Program-made: the position numbers and the translations under genes
Assembly (NCBI GenBank): GCA_903912515.1
Contig: CAIWHS010000070.1
Span: 1 to 63,736 of the forward strand
Source: an uncultured Planctomycetaceae bacterium
Lineage (GTDB): Bacteria; Planctomycetota; Planctomycetia; Gemmatales; Gemmataceae
Reading direction: 5' to 3'
Length of the DNA stretch: 63,736 nucleotides
The notes under the pieces: generated by a model
The model's input: only the letters and a program-made list of their open reading frames with translations
What the model was told of the DNA's origin: nothing
The model's database searches: none
Part shown: one piece after another, positions 28,465 to 36,693 of the stretch
Layout: each line of letters begins with the position of its first letter
Position numbering within the stretch: position 1 is the first letter of the stretch

Positions 28465-29151
28465 TCAACCAATTTCCACCCAATCGCCCACCTGCAAAAC
28501 ATGCGGGGTAGCCTTGGTACCCAATCGAACCTTTTCAGCCCAAGAATTGGCATCCTGCTTGATCAGGTCGAAAGTGTTGTAGTGAATAGGCAGCACCATT
28601 TTAGGTTCGAGCATTTTTAGGGCGCGAATGGTATCGTCGGGGCCCATGGTGAAATTGTCGCCAATGGGCAGGCAGGCCAAGTCTATGCCTTCCTCGCCAA
28701 TTAGCCGCATGTCGCCAAACAGGCCAGTATCGCCCGCATCATAAATGCGCGAGCCATCATTCAGGAAAAGTTGGATACCGCAGGCGATGCCGCCATTCGA
28801 GCCATCCGGCAAAACACTGCCATGCAGGGCATGGGTCAACTTCACCACCCCAAACGGAAAGCCAAAGGCTCCCCCTGGCTGCATCCCGTGGGTGTTCACC
28901 CCCTGCTTTCCCAACCAATCCGCGATCTCGTAATTGGCAATGACCGTGGCACCTGTTCGCTTGGCGATTTCAGCCGAATCACCCACATGGTCAAAGTGAC
29001 CGTGGGTGATGAGGATAAAATCCGGGTGCAGGCTCTCAGCTTTTTCAACCGCCACCGGATTGCCGCTAAGGAAAGGATCGATCAGCAGCTTTCTGCCGTC
29101 TGTCTCAATCCATAAGACCGAGTGGCCAAGCCAACGAACACGGGTAGCCAT
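28465..29151 (-). CDS. metal-dependent hydrolase, UPF0173 (MBL-fold) family
   Basis: VRWLGHSVLWIETDGRKLLIDPFLSGNP...ITHGHFDHVGD is typical of UPF0173 metallo-beta-lactamase-fold proteins. Confidence 0.85.
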   Translation of the reverse strand: MATRVRWLGHSVLWIETDGRKLLIDPFLSGNPVAVEKAESLHPDFILITHGHFDHVGDSAEIAKRTGATVIANYEIADWLGKQGVNTHGMQPGGAFGFPFGVVKLTHALHGSVLPDGSNGGIACGIQLFLNDGSRIYDAGDTGLFGDMRLIGEEGIDLACLPIGDNFTMGPDDTIRALKMLEPKMVLPIHYNTFDLIKQDANSWAEKVRLGTKATPHVLQVGDWVEIG

Positions 29152-29232
29152 GTTTTTGTCTCCTCAAGTCACGCAAACGGGTATGTTGCAAATGTAGGGT
29201 TTGGCACTAGCCAGTCCACCAAACAGGAGCCT

Positions 29233-30441
29233 ATGTTGCCTCGAAGTTCGCTAACCGCCCTGGTTTTCTTCCTGGGACTTCTGGCAATAACCGTGGCGGC
29301 GGTCAGGCCTCCCCTGTTGCGCATGGTGGCATTGTATTTGGTTGAAAAACAATTTGGCGTAACAATCGCGGTATCAAGCGCTGTTCCCCATGGCCTGCTG
29401 GAAGGCATCCATCTGCACCAGTTGCAGGTGCGAAGTGCCGAAACCCTAAAAAATCAGGCACCACTTTTCACAGCAGAAAAACTGCGGGTAGAAAGTGGCA
29501 TATTGGGCACTTTCCTCCAACCATCCAGGCCTGATCTGGTTTCTTGTGACAGCATGCAGCTTCGACTGGATTTCGATTCCCAAGGCAAACTGCTGACAAA
29601 ACTCCCAAAAGTCAAAGCGGCCGGCGGTATGGGCCCCCGCATCAACATCCGCGACTGGCAACTTGTTTTGGCCCAAAGGGACCGCCCTGATTTAGTTTTG
29701 GGCGGTTTACTGTGCGACTTGACCCCGGCAGGCAACGGTTACATTTTTCGCGCCAACCTCGAAGATGTACGCTACGGCATTTGGTCCGTCACCGGCACCA
29801 TGGAAAGCCAGCCACCTCGCTTGCAACTGAGCCTTAGCTCTGCCAAGGCCTTCATGAATCCTAAACTGCTCCGTGATCTTCCATTTGTGCCAAGTTCGGT
29901 TTGGAGCCAGGTCACTTTGGAAGGATTTGGCCAAGTTCGCCTAGATCTTGATATCCAACCCCAGGCTACCCGGCACCATTTATGGCTTAAGGCGTCAGAA
30001 TTAGACGTCAATGTCCCAATAGCAGGCATTCAGGCTAAAAAAGTTTCAGGCTATGCCGAGGTAGCCGGGCGCCTTATCGATTTGCGCCATGTAAAAGGTG
30101 AGTGCTGGGGTGGCCAACTCGTAGTTCCCCAAAGCCGACTCGATTTTGATAAACCCTTCCCAGTCATGACTTTCCACATCGGTGGTGACGATTTGAGGCT
30201 TGCCGATTTGCTCAGGCAGCAATGGGCCCAAGGTCGCCCCGGTTTGGCCAAATTGGCGCTCTTTGCCAAGGGTACCGCCAAAGGCTTTCTCGAAATGGCG
30301 ATCACATTAACCAAACCGCTGCCCATGGTGGAGGTGAGTGGTGCCGGGGAAGCAGGCTTAAGGGGCGGAATTCAAATCCATTGGCGAGTCAGAACGGAAG
30401 GAGGACGGATACATTTTGAGCCCGCCTTGGGCCCGAAATAA
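29233..30441 (+). CDS. hypothetical membrane-anchored protein
   Basis: AGGAG, then ATG at 29233. N-terminal TM segment LTALVFFLGLLAITVAAV followed by a large soluble domain. No family recognised. Confidence 0.55.
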   Translation: MLPRSSLTALVFFLGLLAITVAAVRPPLLRMVALYLVEKQFGVTIAVSSAVPHGLLEGIHLHQLQVRSAETLKNQAPLFTAEKLRVESGILGTFLQPSRPDLVSCDSMQLRLDFDSQGKLLTKLPKVKAAGGMGPRINIRDWQLVLAQRDRPDLVLGGLLCDLTPAGNGYIFRANLEDVRYGIWSVTGTMESQPPRLQLSLSSAKAFMNPKLLRDLPFVPSSVWSQVTLEGFGQVRLDLDIQPQATRHHLWLKASELDVNVPIAGIQAKKVSGYAEVAGRLIDLRHVKGECWGGQLVVPQSRLDFDKPFPVMTFHIGGDDLRLADLLRQQWAQGRPGLAKLALFAKGTAKGFLEMAITLTKPLPMVEVSGAGEAGLRGGIQIHWRVRTEGGRIHFEPALGPK

Positions 30442-30566
30442 CTACCGAACTAGTGCCTTTTCTAACCGCTCGGCGATAGCCATCCTCATGCAACCGCTCG
30501 CCATAAAGTCAAGACATTTTTGACCTTCCGCAATGCCTTGCAAATAACAACCATTTTATGAGCGAC

Positions 30567-30595
30567 TTGACAATCTGAAAAAATCGCCTTAGTCT
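30567..30595 (+). promoter_or_regulatory. candidate sigma70-type promoter for the HU/IHF-like gene
   Basis: TTGACA, a 17-nt spacer, then TAGTCT, about 50 nt upstream of the ATG at 30644. Pattern match only. Confidence 0.3.
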
Positions 30596-30643
30596 GCTTC
30601 GGGGAGAGGGATTCCTTTCCGACCCTCCCAGGAGGTACGGATC

Positions 30644-31000
30644 ATGACCAAGAAGGAAATTGTCAAGCAAATTGCAGACCGCCTCGGTCAACCCCAACTC
30701 AAGACTAAGGAAATTGTCCAGCTTACCTTCGATGCCATCATTGACACGCTTCTCGAGACCAAGCGTATTGAGTTGCGTAATTTTGGGGTTTTCGAGGTAA
30801 AAGAAAGGCGAGCCCGCCGCGCCCGGAACCCTAGAACCGGTCAACAAGTTGATGTTCCCCCCAAATTGGTAGTCACATTTAAACCCGGTAAGGAAATGGA
30901 AGAACGAGTCCAGCGTATAGCCAATCAAAAATTGGCCCAGCAGCAGGCGCCCCAAGTTAGCCATCAGCCCCAAATTACCAAGCAGGCGTCTATTGGGTAA
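30644..31000 (+). CDS. HU/IHF-family DNA-binding protein with Gln-rich C-terminal tail
   Basis: [11 protein letters not shown]...[31 protein letters not shown]...V.FKPGKE is the canonical HU/IHF fold sequence. Confidence 0.88.
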   Translation: MTKKEIVKQIADRLGQPQLKTKEIVQLTFDAIIDTLLETKRIELRNFGVFEVKERRARRARNPRTGQQVDVPPKLVVTFKPGKEMEERVQRIANQKLAQQQAPQVSHQPQITKQASIG

Positions 31001-31150
31001 TGGGCTAAATGCCTCTCTTACCGGAATTTTCGGAAAACACGGATTCTCCCACTCAAGTCATTCCTTCGCTTTGGCCGATAGATTCTGCAGAGTGGGTGTG
31101 CTGTTCATACAGTCACACCCGAATTGACCGGCTTGCGCGGAGTGTGGACC

Positions 31151-31366
31151 ATGGCGCGAATCCTTCTTGGCCTTACTGGCTTTCTGGCCCTCAGCAGCAC
31201 AGGCTGCCTTATCAATGCCTACCCCTCCGATCCCGGCGAGCGGGTGAAGGCTCTTTTGAACCAGTCGGAAGACCTCCGTCAGGTTAAGGAAGAGTGGAAA
31301 CGCATTTGGTTCCTCGATCATCCGTCGCATCTGACGCCTGATCGTATTGACGGCGGTATTCAGTAA
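31151..31366 (+). CDS. small hypothetical lipoprotein
   Basis: MARILLGLTGFLALSSTGC is a lipobox signal. 71 aa. No family recognised. Confidence 0.5.
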   Translation: MARILLGLTGFLALSSTGCLINAYPSDPGERVKALLNQSEDLRQVKEEWKRIWFLDHPSHLTPDRIDGGIQ

Positions 31367-31426
31367 CTCGCCCGGCCCAATAATCTGCTCCCCCCCGGCA
31401 CCGAAGCTTTTCGGTCGCAAGCAGAA

Positions 31427-34400
31427 TTACTGGGCAACCTGCCCCAACCTCAAGCCTTGCGGCCCGAAAAGCCGCAGGGCTATTTGTTTTTTTGAATTGT
31501 TTTCATTGGGTAAGACCAAATTCATTTGCAGAATTTGGGTCCCCTTTTTTAATTTCAGAACCTTGGCTTGGCCTTCCGCAAATTGGGCCCCCAACAGGCG
31601 CACTTCAACATCCCCTGCTTGTTGTGCTTCCAACTCAAATCGCAAGGCTACAGGCCCGTTTACAGGCACTTCCAACAGCCCTTCGGGCCCACTGGCAACC
31701 CCAAGCCACGTGCCAGAAACGGATTGAATTTCCGCCTTTAGAACCAATCCACTCATAGTCTTTTCAACCGCAAGCGTTGAAGACAAAAACGCAAGAAGGT
31801 CCACCAACTCATGGTGGGTCAACCCAATGCCCCCAACCGTTGGCATCAACGAGGACGGGTCAGGAAAGGGAGCCGAATATTGATCTTTTCCCAATAGATG
31901 GACCCGACCGTTTGCGTCTTGAATCGCAGGTAGCTCTTTGGAACCAGCTCCTGTGCGCAACAAAATTCCCCGAATTTCCTGCCCATCAATGCCTCGCACC
32001 CGAACAGTCTGATGGCCACCAGCCAATTTCGCATTCGGCCGGACCAATGACTCCAATAAATGATCCACAGGCAATTTTGAAATCAAAGGGGGGCCAACGG
32101 TTCCGCCTGCCCCCTGAACTAAATGGCAACCAACGCAGTTCGCTTTTTTCCGATCGAGGGCCACAAAAAGGCCACGACGGGCGTCTCCCAGATTCGCCAC
32201 AGTGAGGGCCAGATTTTTTCTGGCATCATTGTCTGCTAGCCATGTTTCTGCCAATGTCTGGTCAGATTCGGCACCCGCCCCAGCTTCCGCAAGCGAATCC
32301 ACCCAAACGGACCAATCCAGTGATGGAAATTTGCTGTTTTTGCCACCTGCAAATCCGGTATTCACCTGCTGGCGAACTTCAATATCTTTGGCCAGTAATC
32401 TTGCCGCAGCCCGCGCTGGGCCAGTCTGAACCTTTGCGGTTCTTAAAACCCTTTGCGCTGCTTCGCGCCCGCCATTCTGGTCAAATTCTGCCAAGGCTTC
32501 CAAGGCAACCTGGGTGGTTGTCGCATCCTGCCCGGGGATTGCTCCCGGCTCCAAAACTGGCACCGCCAGTTTTAAAACCACCGGGCCCTGCTTCCAAGCG
32601 CGCATCAACCTGATTCCAGCAAGCCTTTCTGCCGAGCTAAGGTCCTCACGCTCCAGCTCTGTGGCGACTTCTCCTCCCCAGGCAGGAACAGAAAGCCGGG
32701 CAAGTTGCTGAAGGGCCAAAGAGCAGGCCTCTCCTTTTTGCTCCCTTACCATCAATCTCCACCAATCGACTGGCGAATACTCGATATGGAGATCGCCCGA
32801 CAATTTCAGGCCCGCTTCCAAAACCTCGGGGGGCTGATCTGCATGATCTTCAAGCCAATTGAGGGTCGCTTTTATTCCAGTTTCCAGATCCCGAACCGGC
32901 TTGCCACCATTCCACCCAAGCCAAGCCCGCTGGCCTTCCAGATATAAAGCTTGATGGTCAGGCCCCAAATGCGGGTGCTCAAGCCATAATTCGCAGCGAC
33001 CTGCTTTGTCCGCTTCCCAAGGAAACCCAATCCGCGCCCTGAGCGCCCTCACCGCTTCAGCCCGCACCCCGGTTTGCGCCGCCGCCAACATTCTTTCGGC
33101 ACCGGGTGCACCCAACGAACCCAAGCCGTATAGGAAACAGCTTTGAACCTGGGGGTCGGTTTCATCCCTTTGAAAAAGGCCAGCAGCCAACAGCTCTGCG
33201 GCTCCCGGCACCTGATGGGCCCCTGTAGCCAAGGCTGCCTCAGAACTGACCAAGCCATCCCCATCCTGCAAACAACCAAGCAGGGCCTCTGCCAAATCGA
33301 CCGGCAGTTTTGACAAACTGTAGCAATACCTCGCGGCTGCGGCCTTCAATTGCGAGTTGTCAGTTACCAGCAGATTGGCTAGCTTTTTCTCTGCTAAAGG
33401 GCTGCTAGCCAAACCATTCCAAGCTGCAAGGCGCAACTCACCCTGAACCGAGGTATCCAGTGCCAACTCGGCCAACTTTGCCGACCACTCGCCTCCTAGG
33501 TTTGCAAGCTCCCTGGCTTTAGCTACCCTGCCAGCACCCTGGGGAACCTGCATCAAGGCATCACGCGCACTCAGGTTGTTCTGCAAAGGCCCAGCCAAGG
33601 CCTCGCGGCTAGCCAGCCATTCGGGGTTTTGCAAAAGTAAAAGTTTTCCTTGGCCTGGCGGCTCGAGCGGCAACACGCCTTCCGCAACAAAGTCCCTGCT
33701 CGGCTCCAACATCCAAACGCCTGCCCCGCCTGCATCTTCAGCCAAACCGACCGGGCGTAATTCATTGCCCGGGGCAACCAACAATTCTCTTTTGCCGGTG
33801 ATTTGTCTGGTCACACCTCCCTGTCGAGGCGCCACCAAACCAGTCAACCGCCCGGTTGCTCCAACCAGCAGCACGCCGCGCCAATTTTTTCCAAGGGAAT
33901 TCCCCAAGGCAAGTCCGCAGGTCGCTTCCAAACCCGAGATGCCGGCCAAAGGCAAAATTGCCCCTAAACCTGCCGATAACATTCTGCCCGATGCACCAGG
34001 ATCATCACTTCCCCTGAATCCCAAATCATTACCGCCACGAACAATCCGCACCAAGGCTTTCCCATTCCAAGAATCCACAGCGAAAATTTCACCGTCGCCT
34101 GCGGGGGATAGCCATTTCCCGGGGGCGGCCATTCCCCAAGCATACAGTTCGCGTCTCGTATTAGGCCCATTACCAAGCCCTATTATCCCCCAGGTTTTGC
34201 CCGGCACAACAAGCCGGGTTTTCCCGCCATCGCACTGCCATACACCTGGCGCCACCATGGCAAACGCATTGCCTTGTTCGTCCAAGGCCGGAACCGGCAC
34301 AACCTCTTTGTCTCCCTCAACAATCAAGTTAGGTTGCTTTTCCGGTTCTTGGGCTGAAATACGCCACAGCGAACCGCTTGCTCCCACCAGCAAATCATGG

Positions 34401-34804
34401 CCAAGTGCGGCCAAAGTCTTTGCACCCTTAGGGGCCGCAAACAGGCCGGTTTGTCTCCAACCGTTCTCAGTCAACCGGATCAAAACCAAGAATGGAGAAA
34501 GACCTTTCCGGTCTATCCCAGGCAAACCTGGAACCGGTTGGTCCAACAACACCCAAACCTCGCCACTTCTGCCCGATGCCACAGCCAACGGGCGGCCCGA
34601 TGGCAAGGCCAACGATGCTCCAACAACGATCCCTGTGGCAGCCTTTGCCCCAGGGGGCAGCATTGCGCCCGACAAGTCGGCCAGTTTGCTATCGGGAACC
34701 ACTTGCAAGTCGTCAACGGATCTAAAAGAAGTGAATTGGGGCAAATCGGCTCGCTGCCCCAAAAGCAACGCCGACCATAGGGCGAAGGCCGAAAACCCGG
34801 GCAT
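31427..34804 (-). CDS. very large secreted protein with a c-type heme-binding CxxCH motif and helical-repeat (HEAT-like) regions
   Basis: The ATG at 34804 gives the signal-like MPGFSAFALWSALLLG. CVGCH followed by GTVGPPL is a cytochrome c-type motif near the C-terminal quarter. Long Ala/Leu-rich helical-repeat stretches are present. Confidence 0.75.
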   Translation of the reverse strand: MPGFSAFALWSALLLGQRADLPQFTSFRSVDDLQVVPDSKLADLSGAMLPPGAKAATGIVVGASLALPSGRPLAVASGRSGEVWVLLDQPVPGLPGIDRKGLSPFLVLIRLTENGWRQTGLFAAPKGAKTLAALGHDLLVGASGSLWRISAQEPEKQPNLIVEGDKEVVPVPALDEQGNAFAMVAPGVWQCDGGKTRLVVPGKTWGIIGLGNGPNTRRELYAWGMAAPGKWLSPAGDGEIFAVDSWNGKALVRIVRGGNDLGFRGSDDPGASGRMLSAGLGAILPLAGISGLEATCGLALGNSLGKNWRGVLLVGATGRLTGLVAPRQGGVTRQITGKRELLVAPGNELRPVGLAEDAGGAGVWMLEPSRDFVAEGVLPLEPPGQGKLLLLQNPEWLASREALAGPLQNNLSARDALMQVPQGAGRVAKARELANLGGEWSAKLAELALDTSVQGELRLAAWNGLASSPLAEKKLANLLVTDNSQLKAAAARYCYSLSKLPVDLAEALLGCLQDGDGLVSSEAALATGAHQVPGAAELLAAGLFQRDETDPQVQSCFLYGLGSLGAPGAERMLAAAQTGVRAEAVRALRARIGFPWEADKAGRCELWLEHPHLGPDHQALYLEGQRAWLGWNGGKPVRDLETGIKATLNWLEDHADQPPEVLEAGLKLSGDLHIEYSPVDWWRLMVREQKGEACSLALQQLARLSVPAWGGEVATELEREDLSSAERLAGIRLMRAWKQGPVVLKLAVPVLEPGAIPGQDATTTQVALEALAEFDQNGGREAAQRVLRTAKVQTGPARAAARLLAKDIEVRQQVNTGFAGGKNSKFPSLDWSVWVDSLAEAGAGAESDQTLAETWLADNDARKNLALTVANLGDARRGLFVALDRKKANCVGCHLVQGAGGTVGPPLISKLPVDHLLESLVRPNAKLAGGHQTVRVRGIDGQEIRGILLRTGAGSKELPAIQDANGRVHLLGKDQYSAPFPDPSSLMPTVGGIGLTHHELVDLLAFLSSTLAVEKTMSGLVLKAEIQSVSGTWLGVASGPEGLLEVPVNGPVALRFELEAQQAGDVEVRLLGAQFAEGQAKVLKLKKGTQILQMNLVLPNENNSKKQIALRLFGPQGLRLGQVAQ

Positions 34805-34836
34805 GCTCAATTTTCCCCTCGGGCACCGCTGCCCGT

Positions 34837-35703
34837 TTAGAAACCACCGGCCGGCGTCACCCGCAGTTTCATCTTTTTTCCAGCCCTGCTGATTTCCAGA
34901 GGCACCGGGATTCCCGGCTTCAAATAGGAACTGGCCAAGATAAGGTCGGTTGTGCTGTCTGTCCAACGGTCATTCAGGCTGATCAAACGGTCACCCACAA
35001 CAACTCCTGCCTTTGCAGCGGGGCTACCTTCCTTGACCGCATCCACCAAAAGGCCAGAACCATCATTTCCATTCTCTCCGGGCACCAATCCCAAAAGTGC
35101 TCCTGAAGGAACCACCTTGAATCCGTCTTTGGAATTGCCTTCGGCTCCAAATAGCCCCTTGACCATTTCCTTCATCACATCGGGTGGCTGAAAGGTTCCA
35201 GGCTCGAGGGTGAGTGTTTGGTCGCGATAGTCAACCGTCATTTTATACCGGGCGAAAAATGGAAATCCGACAATCCCCTCAATGGGCCCCAAGTGCTTTG
35301 AAATCAGCGAGACAGTTGGATGGTCCATGACAGCAGCCTGAACATCTGCCGCGATCCCTTGGCCCACTTCCAACTTCTTGATTTTCACATCACCCTTGGA
35401 ACCGTAAGGGGCGAAAAAAATCGGCGCCTTCCCCTTCAGTAACTCAGCCTCTTTTGCCACTTTGTTGTTCAACAAGTTGATGGGTGCGCCAGTATCAAAA
35501 ATAAGGGTGTAGGGTCCCTTGTCATTGATCTTTGCCTCAACCGTCATGTGCCCGGTTTTCAACAGCTTGAAGGGAACGATTGCCGCCTTCAGAGGGTCCT
35601 TTAAAGGCTGGTCTTCCGCCTTGCCAAAAGGCCCAAAAGCAATCAGGCATGCTGATAAAACGAATAAAATCAGCAAGCGAATTTGAGGTGCTCGACTTTT
35701 CAT
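34837..35703 (-). CDS. secreted retropepsin-like aspartic protease with C-terminal PDZ domain
   Basis: Signal peptide, then TLIFDTGAP (the D-T-G aspartic protease signature), then a PDZ-like LLVDAVKEGSPAAKAGVVVGDRLISLN. Confidence 0.8.
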   Translation of the reverse strand: MKSRAPQIRLLILFVLSACLIAFGPFGKAEDQPLKDPLKAAIVPFKLLKTGHMTVEAKINDKGPYTLIFDTGAPINLLNNKVAKEAELLKGKAPIFFAPYGSKGDVKIKKLEVGQGIAADVQAAVMDHPTVSLISKHLGPIEGIVGFPFFARYKMTVDYRDQTLTLEPGTFQPPDVMKEMVKGLFGAEGNSKDGFKVVPSGALLGLVPGENGNDGSGLLVDAVKEGSPAAKAGVVVGDRLISLNDRWTDSTTDLILASSYLKPGIPVPLEISRAGKKMKLRVTPAGGF

Positions 35704-36629
35704 ATTCCGCCCTCCAGCAGAAGGACCATTTCCTGACCCGCTCCAGCCCTATCCACCTTCAGCCGCAATTCCTGCCCTTTTTTAGTCTTGGAAATCGCGG
35801 CAAAAAAGGATGCGGCATCCGTGGTCGGCTCGCCATCGACTGCCATCAAATGGTCACCGGCCTTCAGACCCGCTTTCTCCGCGGGACTTCCTGGCAACAC
35901 CGCTTCCACTGTGACCAATTTTTCCGCGGAGGGCTGTGCAAGCAATACCCCCGCATAGCCACGGGAAACCAGGTTTGGATTTGCTTTCCGGCCTAAAACG
36001 CCCCCAAGTCCTTTCATCAGCCCGCCGATTATTTCCAAGCCACCCTGACCCGAGCTATCCGATTTGTCCACAATGCCAAAAGGGCTTTTGGGCTCCCAAT
36101 CGAGCCGGCGCCAAACCATCCGGTCCCCTGCCAAATCGATGGTGATTCGATACTGAGCGAGAATGTTGTAACCCATCAGGCCATGGATTTCCGCACCCGC
36201 CAAGCCCATGCCATTCATCCCTTCCAGCTGAAACGGAGTATCAATCCTGACCTTGGCCTTGGGAATTTGAAGCCCACCTTCCAACTCAAAGGTATCGCAA
36301 ACGCCCCAGCCATCTTTTTGCTGGGCCACACCAGCCCGCTCCGCCACCTTCTCCGTGAAAAACAGGGCTGGGGCACCGGTATCCAGCACAAAATTGAAAG
36401 GCCCTTTGCCGTTGATTCGCGCCCTAACCATCAGGTGCTTGGATATGGTCAAACGAAATGGAACCTCAACAGGCTGGCCCACCCCCTTGCCAGCCTGTTG
36501 GTCTAAGGCCAAAACCGGGCTTTGTTGGACCACCCCACCCAACACTAAAATCAAAGCCAAAAAGCCAATGAGCGCAGGGACGCCACTTCTGGATAGCATG
36601 GACACAATCTCCATAATCCTGCCAACCAT
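35700..36629 (-). CDS. secreted retropepsin-like aspartic protease with C-terminal PDZ domain (paralog)
   Basis: FNFVLDTGAP plus PDZ-like VEAVLPGSPAEKAGLKAGDHLMAVDG. ATGA overlap with the downstream paralog. Confidence 0.8.
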   Translation of the reverse strand: MVGRIMEIVSMLSRSGVPALIGFLALILVLGGVVQQSPVLALDQQAGKGVGQPVEVPFRLTISKHLMVRARINGKGPFNFVLDTGAPALFFTEKVAERAGVAQQKDGWGVCDTFELEGGLQIPKAKVRIDTPFQLEGMNGMGLAGAEIHGLMGYNILAQYRITIDLAGDRMVWRRLDWEPKSPFGIVDKSDSSGQGGLEIIGGLMKGLGGVLGRKANPNLVSRGYAGVLLAQPSAEKLVTVEAVLPGSPAEKAGLKAGDHLMAVDGEPTTDAASFFAAISKTKKGQELRLKVDRAGAGQEMVLLLEGGI

Positions 36630-36693
36630 CGATTATTCACTCACTCTTTAAACTAACACGACACCCAGTCAACCGCCATTATCCTGTGGCAAA

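Noticed and set aside
33576-34892. Long antisense ORFs. Examples are 33576-34892 (+, 438 aa), 38909-40021 (+, 370 aa), 43979-44842 (+, 287 aa), 54073-54930 (-, 285 aa) and 10704-11300 (-, 198 aa)
   Set aside because: All lie opposite well-supported genes (large CxxCH protein, PQQ-propeller, serS, prenyltransferase-like, aldolase). Their composition is Pro/Arg/Ser/Gly-biased and low complexity with no motifs. These are typical shadow ORFs of GC-rich coding DNA.
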